Assembly (NCBI GenBank): GCA_051294375.1
Contig: CM119270.1
Span: 1,622,833-1,645,002 of the forward strand
Source of the DNA: Paraspadella gotoi
Taxonomy: Eukaryota > Animalia > Chaetognatha
Reading direction: 5' to 3'
Length of the DNA stretch: 22,170 nucleotides
This document shows, piece by piece, positions 10,019 to 20,878 of the stretch; the stretch's first letter is position 1; every line of letters begins with the position of its first letter. The notes beneath the pieces were generated by a model, which saw only the letters and a program-made list of their open reading frames with translations, ran no database searches and was not told the origin of the DNA. The position numbers and the translations under genes were made by a program.

Positions 10019-12015
10019 AAAAAAACAACAAAAAAAACATCCCGCACAATAAAAAAGTTAAATTGATGGCGTGAAGTTTTCACGTCACAAACAAAACGGA
10101 TCACGGTCGTCATAGCGACAAAATTCACGGCGAACCCCACGTTATCACTTAAGAGAAAACGCTCGCTTTTCAACGGTTATTAAAACAGGGATATAGTATA
10201 ATTAATAAAACATTGTTACGCTCGCTAAATAGGTATTTAAAAAGAGAAAAGAAAAAAAAACCATCCATTTTAAATCGATTGGATTAAATAATATACAAAT
10301 TTATTAATTTATTAAATAATTTTTAAAACGATTTTATTAAAATATTAAAAAAAAAACACGTCGAAAAAACGAACTTGACATCGACCGTAAAATAAATCGC
10401 AGACGCTTAAAAAAAAAAAGATCGACAGGAAAGAAACAACCAAAACCAAAGCAACAACAACAACAACGAACAGGTTCTCGAATTGAAGAATCTCAGAGTT
10501 TTCGACGTTTTTAAATTTAACGCGATGAGTCCCCCCCCAAGCCCCCCCCCATTCAAATTCCTTTTTAAACATCGACGTCGTCGTTTAACAGAAAAAACAA
10601 CAACAAAAGACGAAACAGAAACAAAAAAAAAAAACTGTTTTTTTAAAGATATAATAAAGACTCAACAATAAAGAATCAATTAAAAAAAAAAAAAAACAAC
10701 GCCCCAAATAGAAAGTCGCGTAAAATTTAACCACTGTGTCATCGTTAGACAACACAGTGGATTTCTCTTCGCTAAACTGCCACACTTTTGAGTGTACCGT
10801 CTTTTAATCGTGAGTCGGGAGCGCGTCTTTGTTCGGACGGACTGCGTACGTACGAGCGTAAGAGAGAATAAAAAACAAAAAAAAAACAAAACCGAACTGA
10901 CAAAGAAAACAAAATATCCGCTTCCGCCCTCAAAGCAAAAACAAATACATAATAACAACAAAGATATCATGAACCTCGATCCCGACTTGATAGAAACGTT
11001 TCCATCCTTAATTGATTCCGTTAGTATAGATTTTAAATGTAAATTTGTTTCTGCAATTAAAAGGAAACAAAATTGAAAAGATATCGAATATAAAAAGAAA
11101 AAAAAGGGGAAAATAAAACTGAGACCAAATTTTGAGAGAAAATTTGAAAAAAAAACCCCCGAAAAAAAAGAGAGTTTTATTCGCCTTCTACATCAAACTC
11201 TTCATCATCGACTACATCAATCCCAATTCTCTCCATCATTTTATTCCGTCAAGCGGAATTCCCCTAGCTACAGATAACAACAACAACATCAACAACAACC
11301 GTATCTGTAACAGAGTCATTGATAATTTCACCTGTACGCATGAGTAACCAGACCACAGCTCTTTCGTAGACTATAAACAAAAACAAAAACAAACGAAAAC
11401 AGCTAAAAACAAAACAGTTTTTCCACGGGAGACTTTAGATCAAGAGAAAAACAAAACAGTTTGTTTCCATGTTGGACAAAGAAGAAAGAAGAAAAGGGTC
11501 CTCTTCCTCTTCCTCCTCCTCCTCCTCCTCCTCCTTCCCCCTTTCTCCCTCCGATATGTAATCTCTCCCCGATGAGAGAAAACTAAATCTAGACCGACCG
11601 ACCAAAATAAAACCAAAAAAACAAAAGAACAACTTGAAATATTAAACAGAAGCAAAGAAAAAAAACAATTTGGAAGCTTGCCTGCGAATAAAAAACGAGT
11701 GAAAAAAAACAAACAACCAGATAATAGCTTTAAAAAAAAAAGAGCTATTAAATCATATCGACAAAAAACGACAAAAAATAACGACAACGACGACGACGAC
11801 AAACGTCTTCTGCCCTCTAGCGGCCGAAGCCAAAAACGATTAGAAAAACAATAGACAATTTTTAAAACTCGTAGAAAAAGAAAAAGAGAAATCACCACAC
11901 GACATTCCAAAAAAACATTTTTTTTTAAATTATTTTTTTGTTTTCTCTCTGCAATTTATAAGGTGAGTTTAGAAAGCCTGTTGAATGAATGGAAAGTGTT
12001 TTATGCAATGACTAA
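10019..12015. repeat. Copy 2 of the ~2 kb direct duplication, starting right after a 25-N gap
   Basis: Same sequence as copy 1; differences are mostly 1-3 nt indels. Confidence 0.97.
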
Positions 12016-12279
12016 TTTGAAAAGGTTAAGTTTACAACTAATGGGAAAAAGTAAATAAATATTGAAAGGTTGCAAAATCACTCGTATTTTATTAAATATA
12101 GACGAAATTTTTTTCAAATGTTTATGCCATAAATTGAAACACTCAACTGGCTATTATTACTTATAAAAATTGACTTTGTCTGAATATTGGAACAATGTTA
12201 ATAATTAATTTAAATGAGGAATTTCTTTCATCCCAGTTTTCTGATCCGAGATGGAACCTTTTTGTTGGGGCACGTACAG

Positions 12280-12282
<3 letters not shown>

Positions 12283-12332
<50 letters not shown>
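12283..12332. repeat. Perfect (GA)n microsatellite
   Basis: About 25 GA units. Confidence 0.97.
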
Positions 12333-12338
<6 letters not shown>

Positions 12339-12379
12339 ATAGTTTTTGGGATATTTGTTATGCCCAAGCACGCGCTTAC

Positions 12380-12514
12380 CTGCGCGTCGAGCCTCAGTGC
12401 GTTGTTATGCTGCTGAATGTGTTGCTGCACGCTGCTGGAGGGGGCTGCTGTAGTCAGCTGCTGCAAAAGACTGCTGTAGTCAGCTGCCGCAACCGGTGTT
12501 GACTCAGACGACAT
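12380..12514 (-). CDS. First coding exon of a minus-strand gene (MSSESTPVAAADYSSLLQQLTTAAPSSSVQQHIQQHNNALRLDAQ), family unknown
   Basis: GC-rich island; acceptor TTCACTCATTTAG|CAAATG at 12518; 45 natural-looking codons; strong donor CAG|GTAAGC at 12379, phase 0. Candidate upstream UTR-exon donor AAG|GTAACT at 13299. Confidence 0.7.
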
Positions 12515-12618
12515 TTGCTAAATGAGTGAATTTGGAGCCGCTTAGGCTTACATATTGTTTTTAATTTGGCAAACTATTCGAAATTAAAGATGTAAGAACA
12601 AATTGTAAAGTAAATTGT

Positions 12619-12770
12619 AGAAAAGAAAAGAAAAATAAAGAAAAGAAAAGAAAGGAAAAGAAAAGAAAAGAAAGGAAAAGAAAAGAAAAGAAAAGAAAAG
12701 AAAAGAAAAGAAAAGAAAAGAAAAGAAAAGAAAAGAAAAGAAAAGAAAAGAAAAGAATAGAAAAGAAAAA
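12619..12770. repeat. (AAAAG)n pentanucleotide microsatellite
   Basis: Long, nearly perfect AAAAG run. Confidence 0.97.
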
Positions 12771-13169
12771 AAACCTTTTTTTTTCATTTCAGCTCAAAAC
12801 ATCGATTTTTTCCCTTCGAATTTCGTCTCAACTTAGATTAGAAAACGTGAGTTGTGTTTCTGTATTGAAAAAGGAAACAAAACCCAAAACAAAAAAATAA
12901 AAACAAATAAAACACTTATTTAGTTAAACAGAAATGGAGGCAGTTTCGGAAAAAAGTTTCTACAGTTAAACAATAACGGCAATTACCGAAAAAAATATTA
13001 AATCTTTAGCAATAACACGAGGAAATATTAAATTTAGTAGCAAAAACATATAATTTTCACAATTAAAATCCTTACTTTCCTTTTGACAGGCACGTTTCCC
13101 TTCTGCATTCTTCTCGCTCTGCACGACGTTTCACGAATTTCAACGGACCTCCTTTCCCCGTTAAAAAAG

Positions 13170-13171
<2 letters not shown>

Positions 13172-13216
<45 letters not shown>
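13172..13216. repeat. (TC)n microsatellite
   Basis: Direct TC run. Confidence 0.95.
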
Positions 13217-13419
13217 TACTTTATTTTTCGTTTAATTATTAACTTAGTCGTTTTAAACAAACCTCACCCAATCCTAATACGTAAACAACTAGAAGTTACC
13301 TTGGCAACACAAAAAAGCCCTTTTTTTCTACTCGTCAATTCAAACCTTATAAGCGCCTAGGCTATTTTTTTTATATATATACGCTAATTTGTGATAAAGA
13401 ATTGTCTTAGAAAAATACA

Positions 13420-14640
13420 AAACTTTATCCCCCGCCCGCCCGAAACTTTGTTCTCCTAAAAATAAACAAAAAAAAATCAACAGTTAAAAAACAAACAAAG
13501 AAAAAATATTAAATCTTAAAATCGCCTTTTTTATGTTGAACCTTTGCTCGTGAAACTACAACGACAACAACGACGCCAGCGACTCCATCACCCAAAATTT
13601 TCAATATAAATCACATTTCACATTTTCAATTCACTTTGTTTCTTCTCTCGCGCCTACAATTTTCGAGCCAGTGTTTTTTATTTTTCTGTTTACAAAACAA
13701 AACGGCTTCCTCCATTTTCGACAAAAAAAAAGCAGAATTTCGCGACGCTGTAGTGATTCGCAAAAGAACGACAACAACAAATAATAATAATAAAAAAACA
13801 AAACAAAACAAAACAAACAAATTGTTGACGTTTTTTTGCTCAAAATTAGCGGCCGCACAGTTACTATCGAAATCTCTCCTCGTTCGATTGATAACAACAA
13901 CAACAACTACGATTCCAGCTACAACAACGACAACAATTAGTTTATTCTCTTAAGTTTCTATCTTTTTTCTGTCTCTCGGTCTTTCTATCTTTTTTTTTTT
14001 GTAAAAGAAAAAAAATGACAATTTGAAACAAAACTCATCATTTAAAAAAAATAAATCTAATTCACCGATTTGTCGCCTTCGTTCAATTTATAAATTTATG
14101 GATAAAAATATTCCTAACGACTTAAAAACTTGAAAATAACAACAACAAAAAATCTTTCGATACGAAATACAATTTTTTTAAAAAAATCCTTCGTTGTCTG
14201 TGAAACGACTTCATTTCGCTTCTAGTGACGTTTTATATCGTAGTGAATTCTAGTCTTCGAGATTCCCTTGCTTGAATACATCACAAGTAGTTGCTTAGTA
14301 ATAAAAAAAACAAACAATTTCTACCGAGCTAACAATTTCCCTTTAATACCCCGCCCTTTAATCGCCTGTACGTAGAAAAAAAGAATTAAAAAAAAACAAT
14401 TGTTAAATTAGTTTATAAACTGTTATTAGAAAATTAGAACGAAAAAAAACGACGTATTTTCTACACATTTCCGTCCTCGTGTCGCCGAAGATTTATTACT
14501 ATTTATTAACAACAAAAAAATAATTAACCAAAAACGAAAAAAAATTTCTGAACCGCAAAGGAGATTTTTAAGAAAAGGAAAAACTGTTGGGCGAAGTTTG
14601 CGAGAAAAAGTGAAAGGAGAGACTACGAAGCGATTCACTA
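13420..14640. promoter_or_regulatory. Probable divergent promoter / 5'UTR region
   Basis: Lies between a - gene (exons at or below 13.3 kb) and a + gene (exons from 14.9 kb). CpG-containing; GC boxes CCGCCC at ~13431-13441 and 14349-14356; TGACGT at 14226; A-skew flips to T-skew near 14.6 kb. Confidence 0.4.
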
Positions 14641-14886
14641 TTTCCTCTCATTTTTTATCATTAAATATTTTTTTTTGCAAAGAAGAATCGAAGGATATAT
14701 TTTAGCTTGAAAGAGGTAAAATGTCATGTACAGAATAGTATCTTTGTTATTCACTCTATTTAGTTCTGTATTCATTTGTGCATTTATCACTGTATTCGGT
14801 TGGACATTTGAGTTGAGTTATATACAGTGCAGTATTTTATAAAATTATTAATTTTACTAATACTTTATTTTATTTTTTATTCGCAG

Positions 14887-14931
14887 CCAATGAAGATTTT
14901 GGAAAAGAATTTTTTTTTCAATGTTACTGAG
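14887..14931 (+). CDS. Probable small exon of the plus-strand gene (PMKILEKNFFFNVTE in phase 0)
   Basis: T-rich tract ending TCGCAG| at 14886; donor GAG|GTGAGA at 14932; 45 nt. Frame uncertain because of a T9 homopolymer. Confidence 0.45.
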
Positions 14932-15265
14932 GTGAGAAATTAACTTTATACTTTTTAATTGATATTAAAATTGTTTATTTATTTATTATTATCCCGTTTT
15001 CTGCCTTTCCATCTTTATCTTTTCTTTACTTAATGAATTTTACTTTTTTTTGCTTTTCTCTGCTGTCTTCTTTTCAAACTTCTTCAACTCTCTGCTTTTT
15101 TTAATCTCTCTCCATCCCTTTCTCATTTCATTTCTTAACCTTTTCATCCCTTGTCCCTTTTCTTTTCTTTTTCCTCCCTTCCTCCTTTTCCTCCCTCATC
15201 CTTTTTTTCTTTTTCCTCCCTTCCTCCTTTTCCTCCCCCCCTTCTCCCTCTTTCTCTTCCTTCAG

Positions 15266-15655
15266 TCTCCATTTCCTCCTCGTCTTCGTCTCCTCTTCCT
15301 CCTCCTCTCTTCGCCCGACGGAAATTCAGCCAAAATTAATTCTCAGGAAGAACAACAACAACAACAACGACAAATAATTCACTCCCTCCTCGTCCTCTTC
15401 CTAAGCCACGCCCACTTCCTCCTACTCGTCTACCCCTCGTCGTCCTCCTCCCTCTACTCCTCCGTCTCCTCACGGACTTACCAAGCAGCTGCCAAGCTGG
15501 TCACCCCGTCCTTCCTAGCCTCCTCTTCCCCCTCTCGTAGAAAAAGCCCTGGGTTCTCCTCCTCCTCCTCGGCGACCCGGTTCTCACCGCAGGAGGAATG
15601 AGCTACTACATGCGGTCAAGCGTTTACAATAGCGAGCATCTGCAAAACAATTCAG
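15266..15655 (+). CDS. Exon of Pro-rich protein (…LPPRPLPKPRPLPPT… / …GGMSYYMRSSVYNSEHLQNNS), frameshifted as assembled
   Basis: ~260-nt pyrimidine tract ending TTCAG| at 15265; consensus donor CAG|GTAAGT at 15656, phase 1. Protein-like segments lie in different frames. Alternative acceptor CTCACCGCAG| at 15592 gives a clean 63-nt exon. Confidence 0.55.
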
Positions 15656-17053
15656 GTAAGTTCGATGATATTTTTATTTTGGATTTGTATTAGCAAGGAT
15701 TAGAAAAATTATTTTATCAAGGAGTGTAAAATATATTTAGATTTTTGAAGTACGTCCTTGATGAATCTGTGCCTTTTTTATGGAAAGATCTGAATTAATT
15801 TATTTTTGATTAAAAAGAAATTTAAAATTTTAAAAATGCATAAAATTTGGATGAGAGTAAAAATATGACTCGCTAAACTGTAAATATAAGTATAATTGTA
15901 TTTTAAAACAAAACTTAACAGTTATTATTTTTACACTCATTGAAAAAGTGTTCCTTTTCCCCAACCACACTATTTGTTTTAAGCATGTCATGAATGTTTC
16001 CTTTTGCAAATATCAAGATGTTCTTTTTTCTCAGTTAATCAGTTATTAGTCAATAAATTTCCGAAAAGCATATAATTTTTTATCCCAATTTTTTTTTCTT
16101 TTTAACGTTACGAAATCCCACGCGTCGTTACACAAAAAAAAATAGCCTTTGCACTTAAATAGGGTAAGAAATTTGCGAGATTTACTCGGTGCCCAACTTT
16201 TTTCAATATTCTACGGGTCTTTGCAGAATTATCTATCCCTTTATTTTTCCCGCTATTACCTTTTATCGCCCGGCCTTACAACTACAATATTAAAAGGCAT
16301 AAAATATCGCTTTGAAAAAATGTATTTAATGTATTAAATTCATAATGAAATAATTAGTTTGTTCTCAAAACACGCGCAGCTTTTTTCTGAACGTTCATTA
16401 CAAAAACATAATTTTTTTCATTTTTAATTATTTTATATAATTTTAAGAATGTATGCCAAAAAATGTTAAATATATATATTTTAAATGCGAGAGATATTAA
16501 TAAAATTAGTAGATAAGTCATCATTTTTTGTGGCTATCCAAAAATTTTGGATATTCAAAATATTTTTTAAGAAAAACATTTTTTTTAACTTCAAGAAAAT
16601 AATTCTTTTAAAAAACCTTTTTTAATTTTAAAGTAATATCTTTTTTGTAGTAGTCATCGTCCTCTAGAGAGTGTGCCACTGTCCCACTCGAGCTTCGCCT
16701 AATTCACTGAGCCTTACATTTTTAATTAATTATTTCCACAGCGATTTCTCAGCGAACGCCACAGTATATTTCGTAACAGCACTGTGGAGCATTCCATTCG
16801 TTGTACTCATGGAGTTCCCTCTTTCATTTACATATATTAAATCTTTTATTTATCAATTCAAAATGTAAAAAGAGAAAGAATTTTTGATCACGACTGTCAG
16901 CTTTGCTTCGTGTCTCGATCTCGCTACCTCATTCTGCTGGCAGTCATCTGCACTCTTCTCTCATCTCGTCTCCTCTCCTCATCCTCTCTCTTCTCATCAT
17001 CCTAGTCGCCAAGAATTTTAAAAAATGGCAACCAGGATAGAAATTCTTTCCTA

Positions 17054-17422
17054 TATTGCATTTTCGAAAAGGGCCCAACTTCAGCTTCAATTCAGAATAA
17101 AGTATTTTTAAGTTTAAAGATTAAGGTCAGGGGTTAAAGATAGGAATAAAGTTAAGGATTTGGTTAGGTTAGGGTTAGGGCTTAAAGATAGGAGTAAAGT
17201 TAAGGATTTGGTTAGAGGTTTTGTTAAAGATTAGGGTTAGTAATTTAGGTTTGGGTTTAGGGGATAAGGTTAAAAATTTGGGTTACAGATTAGGAATTAG
17301 GTTTAAGGATAGGTTAATACCTAGAGATTTTGTTAAATGTTTAGTAAGAGTCTACTTATTTTTCAGTTAAATTTAAGTTCAGCAATTAGGAATATAAATG
17401 GGGTGCTTTTCGAAAATAATAC
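17054..17422. mobile_element. MITE-like element with imperfect TIRs and a degenerate (TTAGGG)n interior
   Basis: Left TATTGCATTTTCGAAAAGGGCCC (17054-17076) vs right GGGTGCTTTTCGAAAATAATAC (17401-17422). Interior has GGTTAGGTTAGGGTTAGGG and a 48-bp-period duplication (17134/17182). No TSD identified. Confidence 0.6.
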
Positions 17423-17899
17423 TCATTTCTCTCAATCTCTTTCTGATTTGCTATTTGGCCAAAGCGCAAAAATGTGGGGGGTAGAATAAGAAAGCAAAAT
17501 AATCATAAGGAGCTGTTTTTGTCTGTTTGTTTGTCAATAATAATTAATTTTTATAGTACTTTTATTTTCAAAATTTAAATATTTCTTTTCTTTTAAACTT
17601 CAACCATGGCGTTTTCCTTTAGGAGAGAGAATTTAATATTTATATATCTAATAAAGAGTAATTCTATCTATTTACTCTTGAACAATCTACCTATATATAC
17701 AATAGAATACTATTATCCAAGGGGAAACAAAAATAATTAAACATAACTTACGCTGCATTAATATTACTTATTCTTCATATACTTGGGATTTTTTTTTTTT
17801 GAAAGAGAAAATACTACGACACATTTTCGATAGATAAAAAAAATTAAATACGCCCATAAGTCTTTTTCGGGTTATTAAATATTTTCTATCAAATTATCT

Positions 17900-18067
17900 G
17901 GCCATATTTTCTAAAAGTGCCTAATTTTAGAGTTAAGTAGGTTTAATAATTAGATTTACATTTAAGAGTTAGATTATGGTTTAGGGATTATGGTTAAATA
18001 CGTGTTTAAATTAAAATCGGGTTCAATTACTAAAAACAGAAATGTGGCGCCTTCGGAAAATAGTACC
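17900..18067. mobile_element. Second, shorter and more decayed copy of the same MITE-like family
   Basis: Left GGCCATATTTTCTAAAAGTGCC vs right GGCGCCTTCGGAAAATAGTACC (15 of 22 complementary by hand); interior of TTAG/TTAGGG-like hexamers in the same orientation. Confidence 0.45.
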
Positions 18068-18264
18068 AATGATTTAAAAAAAAATCAGATATTAAACAAA
18101 CTAATTAATGAGTAGACACGAGCCCGAAAAAGTTCTTTGGGTGAGTCGAAACCGAGAAGGCGAACTTACCCTAATTTTCTTAAAAAATTCTTAGCTCGAA
18201 CCTTACCCTTTCCCCCCTCTTTAATTCCCGCCATTTTATTGACTCACCCAACGCCGTCCATCAG

Positions 18265-18365
18265 GAGCATCGTCAGCCAGAATAAACAATAGCAGCTATG
18301 CGTCCATTGCATCCCCACCTACAGATAGCGAATCTGCGATACACGATATCTTTAATAATCAGAAG
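18265..18365 (+). CDS. Internal exon (GASSARINNSSYASIASPPTDSESAIHDIFNNQK)
   Basis: Acceptor CCATCAG| with upstream CTCAC; donor AAG|GTGAGG. Only the phase-1 entry frame is open, matching the phase-1 exit at 15655; exits in phase 0. Confidence 0.65.
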
Positions 18366-18760
18366 GTGAGGGTTTTTGGGTGAGTGAGTGAGTTAGCATG
18401 AAAAAGAATGTGTGAAAGACAGTGAGAGAGTGAGAGAGTAAATTCATGAGGTAATGTGACAGTTGACGTGAATTCATCAATGTGATCACTGCTGAGTGAA
18501 ATTCTATGAAGTGAGTAAGTTAATCATTAGTGCAGGTGAGTTGCTTAATTCGTTCATGAGTATCGTGCGGTGAGTGAATTCATAATAGTGAGTAGTGAAT
18601 CATGAGTGAGTGAGGTAATTCATTAGTGAGTGATTAATTCAGTGAGTGAGTGAAGTGACTGTTAATTTAGCAATAGAGTGAGTGAGTGCAGTGAATGAGT
18701 TAATTCGTTTCTCAGTTGAGAGTCAGTTCATTCATTAGTGATTGAGTGAGTGAGTTGATT
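18366..18760 (+). repeat. Degenerate (GTGA)n / GTGAATTCAT-type intronic repeat
   Basis: Many GTGAGT, GAGTGA and AATTCAT words, followed by a ~180-nt C/T tract (18760-18938). Confidence 0.85.
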
Positions 18761-18940
18761 CATCCTCCTCTTTTCTTTCTTTCAAAATCTCCCCTTCCCC
18801 TCTTCCTCTTCCCACTCTCTTCGCTTCCCCTCAATTCCTTATGCGCTCGCTTCTCCCTCTTCCTCCCTCCTCCCCGCCCTTTCTCCCTCTCCCCCACTAT
18901 CTCCCCTTCTCCCCCTTTCTCCCCCCTTCTCCCCCCACAG

Positions 18941-19285
18941 GGTTTCCTTCCAGTCTCCACCGTCGTCTCGCGACTTCCCCTTTATCTCACATCTCCTCTT
19001 CCTTCCCCGTTCTCTTCCTCCTGCCGTCCGCTACCGTCCACGCCCCAGCTTCCGGGCTGCCTCCTCTTCTTCCCCCTCCTCCTTCCTCGTCGCGAGGAGT
19101 CGAGGGTCGAACTCAACGACAACAACAACAACATCGACAACAACAGCAGTACAACCGGATTCCTCCGGACAACAGCGAACATCATCATCATCTACAGCAC
19201 CATCACCGCCGCCAACCGCTCCTCTCCGGAGGCGGCGCCAATCCGTTCGACGATCTCGATCTCTTCAACGACAACGCCCCCTCGT

Positions 19286-19316
<31 letters not shown>

Positions 19317-19477
19317 GACCGGCGGAGTCGTCGGCGAGGTCGTTGACGCCTTCAAACCATCCTCCAATCAAGGCTTCCCCTGCCTTCCTCCCGTCGATCC
19401 TCTATCGAGAAACTCCGGAGCGCGGGATTCGCAGCTTTACTCCCTGCATGATCAGAACCCTACCTCTATTGACAAAG
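18941..19477 (+). CDS. Large exon of Pro/Gln/His/Ala-rich disordered protein (RPLPSTP; polyQ; polyH; NPFDDLDLF; polyA)
   Basis: Long pyrimidine tract ending CCCACAG| at 18940; donor AAG|GTAAGG at 19478; 537 nt, GC-rich; two + frames open across it. Confidence 0.7.
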
Positions 19478-19749
19478 GTAAGGGTTGGGAAGGGCCGAGG
19501 AAGATCAGAACCCTACCTTAGTTGACATAGGTAAGGATCGGGAAGGCCCGAGCAAGATCAGAACGCTATCTCTATTGACAGAGGTAAGGACTGGGAAGGC
19601 CCGAGCAAGATCAGAACCCTTCCTTAATTGACAAAGGTAAGGGCCGGGAAGGGCCAAGCAAGATCAGAATTCTACCTCTATTGACAAAGGTAAGGATCAG
19701 GAAGGGCCGAGCAAGATCAGAACCCTACTTTGATTGATAAAGGGTAGGA
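19450..19749 (+). repeat. 53-bp minisatellite, 5 full units plus 1 partial, spanning the exon/intron junction
   Basis: Units start at 19450, 19503, 19556, 19609, 19662 and 19715; consensus GATCAGAACCCTACCTCTATTGACAAAGGTAAGGRYYGGGAAGGSCCGAGCAA. Confidence 0.97.
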
Positions 19750-20794
19750 ATAAGTACATGCGATTTACAAACGATCGCCACACATAGTCTTACCCTCATT
19801 GTTCACAGTACAAATGAATAAAACTTAAACCATTTCGTTTAAAAAATTGTAAATCTTTAATCTATTGAGAATTGAATTTTGTAAATTAATCACTAATATC
19901 TTGAAGCTGTAGTAAATAGAAAAACTGAACTGGTATAAAATATATTTAGTACGCTTTGTACGCGTGCGATGACGTGCAACAACCTACGAATTACGGTACG
20001 AATGCACCGCNNNNNNNNNNNNNNNNNNNNNNNNNNNNNNNNNNNNNNNNNNNNNNNNNNNNNNNNNNNNNNNNNNNNNNNNNNNNNNNNNNNNNNNNNN
20101 NNNNNNNNNNNNNNNNNNNNNNNNNNNNNNNNNNNNNNNNNNNNNNNNNNNNNNNNNNNNNNNNNNNNNNNNNNNNNNNNNNNNNNNNNNNNNNNNNNNN
20201 NNNNNNNNNNNNNNNNNNNNNNNNNNNNNNNNNNNNNNNNNNNNNNNNNNNNNNNNNNNNNNNNNNNNNNNNNNNNNNNNNNNNNNNNNNNNNNNNNNNN
20301 NNNNNNNNNNNNNNNNNNNNNNNNNNNNNNNNNNNNNNNNNNNNNNNNNNNNNNNNNNNNNNNNNNNNNNNNNNNNNNNNNNNNNNNNNNNNNNNNNNNN
20401 NNNNNNNNNNNNNNNNNNNNNNNNNNNNNNNNNNNNNNNNNNNNNNNNNNNNNNNNNNNNNNNNNNNNNNNNNNNNNNNNNNNNNNNNNNNNNNNNNNNN
20501 NNNNNNNNNNNNNNNNNNNNNNNNNNNNNNNNNNNNNNNNNNNNNNNNNNNNNNNNNNNNNNNNNNNNNNNNNNNNNNNNNNNNNNNNNNNNNNNNNCAC
20601 TTGGAGTGACTGATCACTGACCCGAGGAGTGTCACCGAGAGTCACGGCGTGGCAGAAAGTCTCGTTCCAATCAGGGAATGATTGAATAATAAATAAATAG
20701 ACGCGTAGTGAAATATTTTATCTCCTGATGAATAAATATTCAAATGAATGAAAGTCCGACGAAGTTTCTCACAAAGATTTGAAAATAGAACCAA

Positions 20795-20878
20795 GAAAGA
20801 AAAGAAAGAAAGAAAAGAAAGAAAAGAAAGAAAAGAAAAGAAAAGAAAAGAAAAGAAAGAAAACCAAGAAAGAAAAGA
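20795..20878. repeat. (AAAG)n/(AAAAG)n microsatellite
   Basis: Direct run. Confidence 0.95.

Noticed and set aside
7121-11910. Many F/L/V-rich (-) and K/N/Q-rich (+) ORFs
   Set aside because: Compositional artefacts of A-skewed DNA; frames are not preserved between the two duplicate copies.
16742-16850. Extra + exon after TATTTCCACAG
   Set aside because: The phase-1 frame needed after 15655 stops within 11 codons and no strong donor follows.
17160-17180. True telomere or chromosome fusion site
   Set aside because: Only two perfect tandem TTAGGG units, intronic, no head-to-head arrangement.
18104-18152. Hammerhead-like TAATGAG...GTCGAAAC
   Set aside because: Lacks the CUGANGA core and properly placed stems I-III.
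19450-19749. CRISPR-like array (regular palindromic repeats)
   Set aside because: Units are homologous along their whole length with no unique spacers; no cas genes; eukaryotic context.
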